This document shows positions 41,207 through 55,840 of a DNA stretch of 64,000 nucleotides, piece after piece. The translations under genes and the position numbers were made by a program. Source of the DNA: Octopus sinensis (lineage: Eukaryota); the NCBI RefSeq assembly GCF_006345805.1, contig NC_043014.1, forward strand, positions 4,898,001 to 4,962,000, given 5' to 3'. Each line of letters opens with the position of its first letter. Positions within the stretch are counted from its first letter, which is position 1. The notes under the pieces are model-generated. The model was not told the origin of the DNA. It saw only the letters and a list, made by a program, of their open reading frames with translations, and ran no database searches.

Positions 41207-41985
41207 TGCTTTTTTTTTTCAGTCATAGAGTTAGATTTATGAAGGTCTTCAGTAGAAAATCCTTCGAATTCTGACTCGCTGCTTGATATAATGAAATTCG
41301 TATCCATTTTTTGTCAGAATTACAAATTTTGAAAACACAATAGGAACAAATTTCGGAAAAAAATCTCCCATAATTCACGGAATTAAAATTACACTTCGAT
41401 TTTTGTACAAAACTGAATTTGAAGTGTTTACGAAGTATAATACGTGTTTTCACGAATGTACTAAAGAGATTTACTCTGATATTCTCATTTAAATATGAAT
41501 AGGTAAATTCGGGCGGTTTGGTAACGAAAGGGTTTATATAAGTGTCGTCTGTTTATACATAAACAGTGTTTCATAGTTTCAGTTTAGTCTTCCTCAAATC
41601 ACTGTCGCTAATTTACTCTCTTCCAAGAACATTTTCACTCACTGTTATATGTTAGCTTCCCATACATTTTACTCATGTATCTATCAGCGTGATAGACAGA
41701 AACAAATATTACATTTACTTTCATTTTATTCGTTGCCCACTGTGTGTGTGCGTTTGCGTGTGGTGTAAACCAGACTAAGAAAAGCATTTGACACACACAC
41801 CAGAATGTGAGTTTTCTGTAAATTTTGCTTAATTGGAGTTTAAATTTTAAAAACTGGACCTGGCATGACGCGATGCATTGTACTCTTAAAACTGCTAGGT
41901 AAATTGTAATTGAAGAAATCCTATATTGTAGATTTGTATAACTCCCAAAGGGAGGCAGATAAAATCTGCCTTTTATAATAAGAGA
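41207..41985 (-). mobile_element. Second Helitron-like 5' segment abutting the first, no own 3' end
   Basis: a|TCTCTTATTATAAAA followed by GGCAGAT-TTT-ATCTGCC hairpin at 41985. Confidence 0.55.
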
Positions 41986-42826
41986 TTTACATGTATATAT
42001 ATAGTTAAATTTAATCCAAACAAGAAAGCACAAAAATACAACAACGCGAGGACGTGGAACAAATATAGTATTATTGGACGCTCGGGAAAGAAGGACAGAA
42101 GGAGGGTTTAACGTTTCGGGTGGAGTTCTTCGTCGGAAACATACGAGAAAGAAAGATCCAGAGGAGGGAAGACAGAGGAAAAAAAATCACCAACGGTACA
42201 CACGCGCACACATATTGAATGACCGGAAGGAAATGGGTGAAGAAAAGTTCTTTCAAAGACAGGAGAGTGGTAGAGGAGGAGGAATGTGTGTGTAAGTGTG
42301 GATAAGAGCGTGCGCGGAGGTCTGCGTGTGTGTGTCTGTGTCTGTGTGTATGTGTGCAATGATGACACGTGTGTGTATGTGTGTTGTGGCTGTTAATCTT
42401 TGCGTGTTGTAGGGCTAGTAGTGTTAAGAAGAAGGAATTGGGCGTGGCTACTTTTGACTCTACCACCTGTTAAGTAGTAGGTATTGCTAGTTTGAAGTAT
42501 GTGGGTGTGTGCGTGTATTGTGTGCGGATGATACGTATATCTCTGTGATGACCGTCGAAGACCAGGCTATCAGTTGTTGCTACATATCACTGGTCACAAT
42601 GCGCTTCGCATTGATTTAGCCTTCAAATGACGCCATCCCGTGGGCTAAGCGAGCAGGCCAACAGAAGAAAGGGAGAAAGTTATAGCGAAAGAGTACAGCA
42701 GTGATCGTGGAACTTTAAACACACACAACACCCAGTCTGGGAATTGAAACCGTAATCCTACAACCGTGAGTCAGCTGCACTAACCACTGGGCCACTGCGC
42801 TTCCACACAGACATATATATATATAC

Positions 42827-42951
<125 letters not shown>

Positions 42952-43664
42952 CGTATCAATATATAGGTATACACGTACACATAAGCATACACACCATAAA
43001 TATCACAAATATACGTATCTACTTATACGCATACACACACACAAACGCACACATATATGTGAGTGGACATACACTGTATAGTGTGATTGTTCGTGTACAA
43101 TAGAGCACGTGTGTCTGTGTGTGTGCGTATGTGTGTGTGTTTGTGTTTATTTGTGCGTGTGTTTGTCCGTGTGTCTGTGTGTATGTATTTACATTCGTTC
43201 TTACATATTGTCATATATAAAAACCAACGTGAATTACAGTCAAACATTACGAAATTCACCGATCTACATTGGCACTCGCACGTTTTATTTTCAGTTGGAA
43301 AGAAAAGATCCAAAAAAACTCGCCTCACTTCCGTTCCTGATGGAGAGAAATAGATAAATGTGTGTAAATATGTACGTATTCCTATGTGTGCGTGAGTGTG
43401 TGTGTTTGTATGTGTCTGTTTCTGTGCGTGTGTGCAAGTGTACATCTAGATATAATACTTAACACTAATATTAATAGGGCTAAACGTTGCAGCGACAGGG
43501 CATGGCCATGCTAGAACCCCACCATTAGATTTTTTTCATTACGCACTTATTTCCCTCTCCAGGATTATGTCTGGTGAAAGAGCGATCGGACAGGAGTACA
43601 ATTCCACCCTTCTTTGTGTTTCCTTGGGATGTGTGTATATGTATGTATACATATATACATATAT

Positions 43665-43767
<103 letters not shown>

Positions 43768-43871
43768 TGTAGACAAATAGATTGATTGATAGATATGTAT
43801 GTACATACATACGTAACTATATATGTGTGTATGTATATATGATATGTATATATATATATATAGATGTATGT

Positions 43872-43908
<37 letters not shown>

Positions 43909-44168
43909 GCACACATAGTGTGTATGTATCTATGTTTTATGTGTGTCTTTTATTGTCGCACCACTATCGATTCTCAACTGATGTCGGTGTGTTTACGTCC
44001 CTGTTATTTAGCGGTTCGGCTAGAGATACCGAGAGAATGAGCGATAGGCTTACAAAGAATAATTCCTGAAGTCCTACTAAACGCAGTGCTCTAGCATGCC
44101 CGCAGTCAAATGACTGACACGGGTAAAAGAATATATTTATATACAAACTCACACACACACACACACAT

Positions 44169-44199
<31 letters not shown>

Positions 44200-44629
44200 G
44201 ATAAATAGAGAGAGAGAGAGAGAGAGGGAGAGATAGACAGAGAGATACAGTGATAGATACACACACGCATATATTTCTTTGTATATATATATCTATATAT
44301 GTTCAAGCACTAATATTTTCATATATATGTATATTTAGATATATATATGTATATTATATATACAAATATACGTATATGTATATATACTTATGTTTAGGTG
44401 TGTGCGCCTGTGTGTTCGTGTGTGATTACGTGTGTGATCTTATGTGTGTGTGTGTGTGCTCCATAGGAACATATGTACGTGATTCGTGCATACATCCTTA
44501 CATCCATCCATCCATCGGTACGTACATACATCCACATATTAATACATACATACGTAAATGCATACATACATACATGCATATATAAATACATAAAGACATA
44601 CATATATTAACACAAAATCCATGACTTAC

Positions 44630-44772
44630 CGTTTTCGATTTCTCTTCCATTTTCCTATTCTTGAATCTTGATGAAGAATCACGATCGTCAGAACGAGAAG
44701 AACCCCAAAAGCTATGAGAGAAGAAATGGAATAACGCTACGAAATATTCCTGGACAGTTGTGCGAAATCCAT
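44630..44772 (-). pseudogene. G3 exon 1, disrupted
   Basis: Codon 12 CAG to TAG (44737-44739) and a 1-nt deletion in the A-run near 44650 (143 nt instead of 144). Confidence 0.82.
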
Positions 44773-47700
44773 TCTGGTGACAGTTGTCGGTCGTACGTGA
44801 TACTTCGTGTGGCTTCAACAAAAGATCGAGATGCGAGGTTTAAGCTGAAGACCTGTAACTGAATTCCACGTATTTATTGAGCGCACAACAACCCAGCTCT
44901 GGCATAGATCTTATCGTAAATTTATGAACCAATGCGATTGGTGGAACTGTAAAAGCGGGTGTGAACTTGTCTGACAGGTTTAATTATTGGAAAGAGATGG
45001 TTTGATATTGTCACACAATAATTAGCAAAATATTTTGATGAATGAGAGACACGTGTAAAGTGAAATGATTCCTGTTTCTGGATATATTATGATATATTTA
45101 TTTACTAATGTTGTTATTTAATTTTATTTGTTATTCTTGGGAAACTGTTTTAATATTCAGTGTGGGAAGTATTTCGTTCAACCGACGAATACACAGACAC
45201 AAAGACACACACACACACACCCACACACACTGACACACACACATGCACACACTGACAAACACACACACACACACATATACTGACACACACTCACACACAC
45301 ACACACTTACACACACACACACTCACACACACACACACTAAAACGCACACATGCACACACAGACAAACACACACACACACACATATACTGACAGACACTC
45401 ACACACACACTCTGACATACACACACACACACACACACTGACACACACACACTGACAAACACACACTCACACACACACTCACACACATACACACACACAC
45501 ACATTAACACACTGTCTTAATATTCAGAGTGGGAAGTATTTCGTTCAACCCACACATTAATCGCAAGACTTAATCTAATGAAGTCCGCTGTTCGGATTGG
45601 ATTCTTCACAACAAGCGTTAATCGGATTAGAAAAGTTTTATGTGAATATCAAAATCAAAACCTACCAATTCCCACCCACCCCTACATATATACACACATA
45701 CATACATACATACACACATACATACACACATACATATATACACATATACATACACTCATGCTTACATATATACATACATACATACATACCCCTATACATA
45801 CATATATACATACATACACACACACATATGTACATACATCCACACATACATACACACATACATACATACAAACATACATACATACAAACATACATACACA
45901 CACATACATACATACATACATACATACATACGTTCATACATACATACATACATGCATGCATATATGTATACGTACATTTATGAATGTATACACGTATGCA
46001 TGCATGTATGTATGAATATAATCATGTATATATCGATAGACACATATACACATACATACATAGATACATACATACATACATACACACATACATACATATA
46101 TACATACATACATACACACATACATATTTACATCCATCCATCCATACATACTTGGTGGCTGCCCCCTCGTTATCGAGTAGGGCCATTGCACGAAGCTTAA
46201 TCAATGTTGTTATCTTGCAATGCCTGTGCATGAAGATTCTTTTAAAGCGAGGAAAGGCTGTGCACTGAGTTAATCCCAGTCACTAAGCAACAGCAGCCAT
46301 AATCCGAAAAGAAGAACGAGTCAACATCATCGGTAACCACTGAGCCGCAGTTTTATGTCGGAGTTATTCCAGTTTCCTGAGTTACCCTCTCCTAGAAGGA
46401 TGCCCTAAGAAAGGCTAGGAGTCCTTCACTCCCAATGGTTTAACCGCTCGATCGGGTATTCAGTCCGATTATTTCTATGTCCCCGCGCATGATACAGCCT
46501 TAAGACATATATTGGATGGCTGTTGACTCTCAAGAAATCCTCCGGTCTTTGACGAGTTTTGTTTTTCATCCCGCAGGGTGTCCAATAAACACCCTCCTCA
46601 CCAAGCAATCTTGGTGCGGTTGCCGGTTTAGTCACCGACAACTCGACAATGCAACAGGTTGTACTGGGTTACATGTTACCAGTAGCACTCGAAAGTGACC
46701 TGACATACATACATACATACATACATACATACATACATACATCCATACATGCATACATACATACATACATACACGCATACATACATACATACATACATAT
46801 ATACATACATACATACATACATACATGCATACATACATACATGCATACATACATACATACATACATACGTACATATTTTTATACATACATGCATACATAC
46901 ATACATACATACATACATACATACATACATACATGCATACATACATACATACATACATATTTTTATACATACATGCATACATACACGCATACATACATAC
47001 ATACAGACATACATGCATGCATACATACATACATACACACATACATGCATACATACATACATGCATACATAAATGCATGCATACATTCATACATACATAC
47101 ATACACACATACATGCATACATACATACAATCAATCATACATGCATGCATACATACATGCATCCATCCATCCATACATACATACATACATGCATGCATGC
47201 ATCCATCCATCCATCCATACATACATACATGATTGCATGCATACATGCATACATACATACATACATGCATACATACATACATACATACATACATACATAC
47301 ATACATACATACATACATACATACATACATACATACATTCATACATACATGCATACATACATACATACATACAAAAATATCCTGTTCATGTTGTTGAAAT
47401 TCCAATGAAAGATACTTGGAACTAAGTTAGAAGCCGTCTCTCTTTCTGTTGGCCAGAAATATTCTCTTAAAATCGAATAATGACATTCATACATATTTTT
47501 AGCTAGTCATTATCACTAGCTTTGAATATTTTTCTTCTTGTTTTATAAATCATAGCAAAACATACAGGTACAGTGTCTCCCATGTGAAACTCAATTCGCA
47601 AGTGCACCTTCCGTATGGACTGCATATGTACGACGGAATTCCATAGTTATGATTAAATTTTCTTTGATGAAGCATATTAGACCCCTCAGATATAGTTTGA

Positions 47701-49246
47701 CCTAATTTAATATGTATATGTATGTGTGTAAGGTGTGTGTGTGTGTAACACTCTCTGTTTGGCCCTCGAAATAAGGGTAATTTGAAATAAGCTACAAAAT
47801 AAATCTTACAGCCATGTCAGATTTCAACAAAGTCCCATAATTTTTCCTATTGTAATGGCGGGTTGCATATGCAGCTGCGCATGCTCTGTACAGCTTAAAC
47901 ACATGGCGGTCGTTTTAACTGTCTAATTATGCCGCTGAATCAAAAGATGAATTTGAAGATCTACCAACGTCCGTATTCTCTCCAATTGTTTACGATTTAC
48001 AACCAGGAAAATATTTGTAATCTGGAGAAGCGAATGCAGATTTACCCATCAGACTAATAATAGTGGGATAGTAAACATTAATAATCTTTAATCTTTATTG
48101 CAGCTTGATGCTGTAATTCGAAACCTTCGTTTATCTAACAAATATTCGACACACTCCAACATACTGTCATGAATCCTATTGGATATAACGTGACGGTCAC
48201 AACATCTCAGCCTTCTTACACACAGCATCCGTGCTTGCCCTGAATATATTTGCTCTCTTTACTCTAACCTTTATGGGTGTTGTATTCGTTTCGCATGAAA
48301 TGTATTCAGCATCTAGGATCCATTCCTTCTTCGAGTCTGGTATGTTTACGTAGATGAGTGAAAGAAATCGTCGTATTTGATGATCTCTGCTGCTGAAATG
48401 AGGCAATTTTTCTGGTTGATTTCCTTTCTTATTCTTGTATATCAGCGTTTAGTATATGATGTGTATGTTGTGTGCATCGAGTTTCATTTTGCATCCTATT
48501 TTGAAGAGAGGTGGGTATTTTGTGATATAGATTTAGGTTGGCAGGACCAATACTCATTTATACTGTCTTTTGAGGGATTGATCGTGTAAATTCCACATTC
48601 ACAGAAAGCTTAATTTGAACATTTTGTAATATTTCTAAAGTAGACGATAAATAGGTTTTATAAGATATGGGTTTGGAATGGAACGGAAAGCTTTCCTGAT
48701 TGATATCGGCAAATAGAATGGATTGTGTGGAAGTATCTGGTTGTTGTTGAAAGAATCAGTTAAGTTCTGTGCTAAGTAATGTAGCGGTTCATGGCTCCTC
48801 GTCAGAATCCGAGTTGTAATTTGAAAACCAAGATGTCTGAGATAGTAGCGTCGAGTATTAGAAATTCTAAGGCTGTGCACGAAAAGCTGATATAATTCTA
48901 TGGTGGTACTTTATTTGGGGTTTTGTTGAATCATGAGACAGAAGACAAAATACTGTTAAACAAAATATCATTTTATTTCAACGATAAGTTTGATAAACTG
49001 AAATCTTACAAAATGTTTTCTAGAATCATTTCGACAGATTTAGATTTTTCTTGATTTTGAGGATATTTCTGGCATTCTACGTCGCCTCTTTTGTATTGTT
49101 TGAATATCTTCTGTAAACTAGTACAACAGTTTATTGTAACGATAGACATACTTTGAAGAAAATATAAGGTAACAAAATTGAAAATTTTATATTGTTTCTT
49201 GTAATTCACAGACATATTTTCATGTGGAAGTGAATTTAATTTCTAT

Positions 49247-49743
49247 TCAATATTTACTGCACACAACGCAGGTTAATTCTTGACCATTGACATACGGTGG
49301 ACATGGCAATGAACCACAAGCAGCCTGAACGAAATATAAAACAGCTCCATCTTCGTTTCTGTAACCAGCTGGATCAGCTTCTGGTGCATAATCCACACAC
49401 ACATATTCTTGTCTGCCCTTCTGTCCGTGATGATTGGACATCAAATATCCTGAATACTCTGCTGTCCAACCAGCGTAGCACTTTGTCCTGGCTGGTAACA
49501 TCATAACAACAGCAGGTTGTCGTGTCAAACAGACAGCGCACGGAACGTTGTGATCATGAAGTGATTTAGCGTTAGCAAAAGAAAAGAGTTTATTTGAGTA
49601 GTGGGATATTTCATATTCACTGCCATAAATGTAACCACCTTCTTCAACTTTTGTAGTATAATTGGCCCAAATGGGGTCGTTAGGTAGACATAAGAGATTA
49701 CTTCCGCCACCTGTGTGGTCGTACCATTGTCCACCAGCCACAC
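49247..49743 (-). CDS. G4 exon 4, intact
   Basis: 164 codons plus TGA; GQWYDHT and SNHHGQKGRQE variants. Confidence 0.95.
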
Positions 49744-51331
49744 CTAGAATTGGTAAGAATAAATCAAGTAAACAAAGATATTAAGCAAAATTATATATGA
49801 AATAACGGAAACATTCATTACAGTTTGACCCTTAAAAGGAGTCATGTTTAGTCACGTGTGAACGAATTGTGGTGTATATATGTTAGTGCTTATGTTAGTG
49901 TTTATGTAAGTGTAAGCTGTGTGAGTATGAGATCGCAGTTTTGCGTTTGTCTTCTCTACATGTGTGTGTGTGTGTGTGTGTGTTTTTGCGTGTCTTTGTG
50001 TTTGTGTGTGTGTGTTTGTGTACGGGTAAGTATTTGTGGTTGAGATGTGTATTGCTTGGGGTAGATGTTTGTGTGTGGATGTCAATAAACGGTGAAAGGA
50101 AAGGGATTTTGTTACTCTTGTGGTCGTGATTTCCCGAAATGGAAAAGATGTCGTTCACGTTCGAACGGGAAAATTTTTGGTGATGGGAATTGCATGTGGT
50201 TTGAGTAGAACAATACGAGAGACGGCGAGATGCAGAGAACTGGTGGGTAAGAGGGGATGAAATACTGTTTAGCCGACCATACGGGTGTGTCTGGCTATAT
50301 CCATCGGTTTGTCTCGGACGAGTCAGGCCTACCACGAGACGGGCCTACCACATACTATAATATTATGATCACAGAGATTTTATTTCATGCAAAGCATCAA
50401 CTGAGGTGGGGTGAATTTTGAAGCTCATTGATGGCGTAGTGCTTAAGAAGAATGGAGAGCGGAGTGGGCGACCGATAAAGGATATGTGTAGGGTTTATAG
50501 AGAGCAGATTCATAAAGAATGCGAGGTTGGTTGGAGAAGATGTGGGAAGCAGTAGCTTTGAATTGAATGTGCCGGTGTTACCTTACAAAGATACACTGGA
50601 CAATTAATGAGGCGAGGTGTTGCATGAAAAGAGATAGGTTTGAGGGATAGGACGATTTCGGTGAGGTGGAGAAGAATAGTAGTGCAATATGTACTCACTT
50701 GGGTTCTCTCAGTGGTACTTCATCCCTCCACATTTTGCATAATACATACGACCCTAAGTTAGCTTTGTCCATTAGTTACAGTGTGTGGTCTGTCCAGTCC
50801 ACATTGTACATTCTGCGTTCATTTCATTAACCATATACATTCATTCATCAATTCTAATTAGACCTTGTTCAATTTAGTCTATAACAACAAGCAATAGACA
50901 TTCTAGTTAATGATAGTCAAGTGGCCACTTTCAGCTCTGGTCACTCACGTACAATACCACCAGCCGTAGCCAGTACACTTGATCACCAGTTAGCAGACTC
51001 GGTATTTGATATCTACACTCCATACAAGTCAGCCAGGAGTCCTTGATCGCTATACTGGATTCCAGTCTAGTCCCTATCTATAATTAAACGTAGAGATATC
51101 TATATTCTGAGGTTAGACAACATCCTTTTCACCTGGTCCATATTAGACCACATTTAAATTCTGATTTGACCAAATACCTACAAAGGAGTAAGCAGTATTG
51201 TGCAGTCTCTATAGGGTCTATAGGTATCGTTTCAAACGTGATATATCACATGATTTGCTTGAGTGTGCGTGCGTGTGCGTGCGTGCGTGTGCGTGTGAGA
51301 AAGAGAGGATAGAAATACAGAGTATACTAAC

Positions 51332-51406
51332 CGTCATAGACAAGGTTTGAATAAGGAGGACAAGTAGTTCTGCCCCACCGGGTATACAATGATCCGAGAC
51401 CGGGTT
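51332..51406 (-). CDS. G4 exon 3, intact
   Basis: 75 nt, tttcacag| and |GTTAGT; almost unchanged although the flanking intron is strongly diverged. Confidence 0.93.
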
Positions 51407-51734
51407 CTGTGAAATTAAAATGAAACAATTTAGTTTAAAAGAAAGAATTCTTGAATCCTATACAAAGGATGTTGTTGGTTTGGAAGAAATTGAGAGAGAG
51501 GAAAGAAATTTAGAATTTAAGAGAAAAAGAATGAGTGAATGAATGAGAATCAGAATGAAAGAAGTAAATGATTCGCAAAGAATAAACTTTAAACGAAGAA
51601 AATTAGTCATTTGTCTATTGAGCCTGTTGTTGACGTTGATGTCAACGAATTCAGAGATTAATCTCAGAATATCAGAATGTGTATTTGTCTCCCTTAAGAA
51701 CGGATGTTTGTTTTGTAGTTGAACATGGATGTGA

Positions 51735-51780
<46 letters not shown>

Positions 51781-51789
51781 TTACTCTTT

Positions 51790-52202
51790 TTTCCTTTTAC
51801 TCTTTTATTTGTTTCAGTAATTTGACTGCGGCCATGCTGGAGCACCGCCTTTAGTCGAGCAAATCGACCCCGGGACTTATTCTTTGTAAGCCTAGTACTT
51901 ATTCTATCGGTCTCTTTTGCCGAACCGCTAGGTGACGGGGACGTAAACACACCAGCATCGGTTGTCAAGCAATGCTAGGGGGACAAACACAGACACACAA
52001 ACACACACACATACATATACATATATATACATATTAATACGACAGGCTTCTTTCAGTTTCCGTCTACCAAATCCACTCACAAGGCATTGGTCGGCCCGGG
52101 GCTATAGTAGAAGACACTTGCCCAAGGTGCCACGCAGTGGGACTGAACCCGGAACCATGTGGTTGGTTAGCAAGCTACTTACGACATAGCCACTCCTGCG
52201 CC
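51790..52202 (-). mobile_element. Well-preserved family-2 tRNA-derived SINE, unit-4 specific
   Basis: Full head (GGTTCCGGGTTCAGTCCC B-box-like), body and tail. Confidence 0.85.
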
Positions 52203-52211
52203 TATATATAT

Positions 52212-52240
<29 letters not shown>

Positions 52241-52246
<6 letters not shown>

Positions 52247-53400
52247 GGTAAACAGTAAAAATAATTACAGACATGGACAAGAACATGAAACACCACAGAG
52301 ACGACACAAGAACCACAGGACGGGACATTCGAAGCCCTCAGTCATCAGTCAAGAACCAGATCATCTTAGCAATTTCGGCTGATTAATCTTGAGATTGCTC
52401 CGATATGGCCAGCCAGCCAAGGGAAATCTAAGCCAAGCGCATTAGATCCCCTGGAAGAAAGCTTCGAATGTATACAACACGAGGACGGAAAACGAACGAA
52501 GTACACGAACAAAAATACAGAATACGTGACACCAATAAGAATACAAAAACGTAAAAACAATAACGGTAAAAATAAAAAATAAACAACAAAACAAAACCAG
52601 GACGTCGGACAAGGGTCTTTCGACAGGACGAGTTAAGTATGGGGCTGGCTTGTGAAGTTGTGCCTAATGGCCGCGGGGAGACGAACAAATACGTGTTGCT
52701 TCTGCGACTGCTGAAACGAAAAGAGCGCTCAACAGCGGCTAGCGGTCACGTGAGAACAAAAGACAGGAGAAAGGGACAGATGAAAAGAGAGAGAAGGTAG
52801 ACGAGGGAGGAGAAGAAAGAGACAGATCGAGGGGGCTGGAGGTGAGAGAGATAGAGAAACGTAGAAGGGGGGGGGAGACGGATGGAGAGGGAAAGAAAGG
52901 AAGGGGAATAAGGGAGGAGAGAGAGAGAGAAAGAGACAGATTAAGAGTCGTATCAATGTTAGAGAAAAAATATACTTATCGTATAAGGACAATTGTGGAT
53001 ACGTAGCCGCCGATTATATAGGTAAACAGTAAAAATAATTACAGACATGGACAAGAACATGAAACACCACAGAGACGACACAAGAACCACAGGACGGGAC
53101 ATTCGAAGCCCTCAGTCATCAACGGGAAGCTTTATGAAAATAGACAAAAGACGAAGGCAGGTGGAAAACAAACAAACAATTGTATTAGTATGGCGCTCAG
53201 GAAATATAAATAAAACAAGTCTTTAACGTTTCGAGCCTACGCTCTTCAACAGAAAGATACACAGAGAAAAAAAACACAGAAAGAAGGAGAGAAAAAAATG
53301 CGTGCAGTAACTAACGAATCAACATGGCGATCTGATTTCAGCCAGAAGTCAAAGATCAAACATGAGACGCGAGAGCGAAATTAGGGGAGATAATAGGGTT
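52241..53400 (-). mobile_element. Cluster of Penelope-derived repeats with an identical 107-bp direct repeat (52241-52347, 53015-53121) and a minimal hammerhead-like motif (53220-53257)
   Basis: Direct comparison; motif TCTTT-CTGTTGA-A-GAGC-GTAG-GCTC-GAAAC-GTT-AAAGA. Related fragment at 3708-3900. Confidence 0.6.
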
Positions 53401-53407
53401 GAAAGAT

Positions 53408-53481
<74 letters not shown>

Positions 53482-53639
53482 TACATATATATATACATTT
53501 ATATATATTTGTGACAATAAAAATGATTAAGTTCTTCTTTTATAGATATGTTAGCTATATTATCAATTCTTGGCACCTGATTGGTCAATTACAAATATCA
53601 GCTTGGTGTTTGGCGCGAAGAGAGTCCGTTTCCTTCCAG

Positions 53640-54300
53640 AAGACTAGTATGGCCACCCCATTAAGTTGTGTGAGGCGATTCCACCCAATCAATACTTCTT
53701 GCGGTTATCAGCGTCAAAGTGTGCACGGAAGTCTCCTTGTAAGACAACTGACTTTACCCCAAATATATCCAAAGATGCAGTGACTTTGTTAAGGAAGCAT
53801 TTGTATTTGGCCTCGCTATTGGATGCATTTACTTCCAGCAGCTACACCACTCCTTCATTCTGCTTGAGCTTCAGGAGGTATCCCTTAATACCTAGTGGGA
53901 TTCACTCCATAATCCAATCTGAAAACCAGGGATCGTGAGCATCCCACTTCCGACTGTGCTGACATAGTTGGCACCACGCCTGCACAGTGGAGATTCCAAC
54001 CTACTTCCAAGTGTATGCCTCCGAAGTAACGAAGCTTTCTTGAGGAGACACCGATTATATATAACAGGCAGCGTTTTGTATCGTCCGGTTTTGACAGTCT
54101 AATTCTCAATTATGAACGGTTGATCCCTTCTAGACCTGCTACGTGGTTTGGTAGACGCATATTTTGTATTCCATCCCAATGCATCTCAGATTGAGTTGGG
54201 TGGAGACTGCAATATATTTTCCGAATCGTCTTCTCCAATCAAGATCCAGAGGCAACTGCTTTTATCCCACTCGATGGATGATTCGGTATGGCTATTCCTT
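53640..54300 (-). mobile_element. Inverted, more diverged copy of the LINE 5'/endonuclease segment
   Basis: Reverse complement aligns to about 15280-15950 (KSVVLQGDFRAHF). Confidence 0.75.
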
Positions 54301-54319
54301 TGAGCCCTTAGCGTACTCT

Positions 54320-55840
54320 TTGTATATGCAGCAAAATGCGAATTCAAATACAAATTCTTTCTAAGCAAATTCACCTCAGCTTTAGATATATTTGGGGTAA
54401 AGTCATTTGTCCTGCAAGGAAATTTCAGTGCACACCTTGGCACTGATAACCGTGAGAAGGATTGATTGGAAGGAATGTCGTCAGTGAACTTAATGGAGAG
54501 GTCATAGCAGGCTTCTGTGCAGGATACACACTCTCCTCTCTCTGGTATAGATATTATTTTAAGACAGGGATATTTATAAGGGTACCTGATATAGAAATAC
54601 TTGGTGACAGAGGTTTTTGATAGAGTTTGGTGATCTTTCACTCTTTGGTGAACGTTCGGGTAAAAGGAAGGGGTGGAGTTGTCAACTCGGCACTACCTAA
54701 CTGTCTGAAAACCTGAAAATTCTCACAGTCTGCCGCACAGTGAAAATTGGTAAGTCCAGTGCGACCTACAGAATACAGTTGGAAGCCGCAGTGGATGCTG
54801 GGATCGGAAACAAAAATGTGGAGACATTTGCATCCAAATTGTGAGTGACCCACCCGTATGAACTTGGACCTCGAAATGGGTTCGTGATTGTATTATTTTT
54901 CGGCAGGTTCTTCTTCGGTTGAACGCTTATTTGCGCTAAATTCACTTAAAAGTGGTAATGCTGCTGGTGAAATGTACGTCCGGCTTGATATTTTAGAAGC
55001 CATAAATACAGATGGTATTCTCTGAGTGACCCATGTACGCTAGGTGGATGGGACCTCTGGAAAAAATCACCAAGGCAATGGTAATATGGGGTGACAATCA
55101 CAATGTTTTCAAACAGAGACCAAAGTGTGTGTTTTAATTATAGAAAAGTCTACACTAGATGTCAGGAAAAGATATGTAGGGAAATTGTCGTGCCCAAGAT
55201 TACTGTCCGGGACGCGGAACACCCGACCAGATAGTCGTTCAAAACAGATATTCCATCAAACGTTGAAGAACTTCCAAGAGGAATACGCTTTAAACCACGA
55301 AAAGGCACACGATCCACGTGCCCTGGGGCATGTTGCGGATGGTTTACCCGGAAGGTGAGTTTAATGGGCAAATACTGGTTGCCATAAAGTACTTATATGG
55401 ATGTTCAAATGATTGTATTTATGTAAAAGTCGAAAGTTTACAACGTGAAGGTTTCACTTATTTGAAGTGCGCATTGTTAGAGCCCCTTCTCACATTCTTT
55501 TTTGTGATCTGGTTGAATATGCGCAGCCATTATGGTAGAGGTATCCCAATTCATCTCTACTTGATCGGTCGACTGTTATTTGTAGACGACATGCTGCTAC
55601 CTGATTCGTCTGATGGTCACCAACAACGTGCACCGAATGGGTTGGCTGCCGAGTACCCCAAGGCAGGACTGACATATACGCACTGTGTAGGAAAGTGGAA
55701 CATCATTATTTCGGGTCTCTATTCACGAATGATTGGAAGCACAAGAGTGAACAGAATGCTGAATTGTAGATATAAACGCAGTGAAGCGCCAGCTCGGGCA
55801 TTTGATTCTCAGATGAAGAGGGCTTAGTACAATTCTCGAC
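54320..55840 (+). mobile_element. Decayed RTE-like LINE (endonuclease end plus RT)
   Basis: The 169-aa ORF 55318-55827 contains RLLFVDDMLL. Confidence 0.85.

Noticed and set aside
41125-41307. Acidic ORF (SESEFEGFS) as a transposase N-terminus or captured gene
   Set aside because: It is short, spans the junction of two Helitron segments and has no catalytic motif.
52321-52385. CTGATGA on the minus strand as another hammerhead
   Set aside because: No GAAA after a closable stem II and no stem I pairing in either type I or type II topology.
55318-55827. 169-aa ORF as a host gene
   Set aside because: It is a patch of decayed LINE reverse transcriptase, and the paralogous copies are broken at different places.
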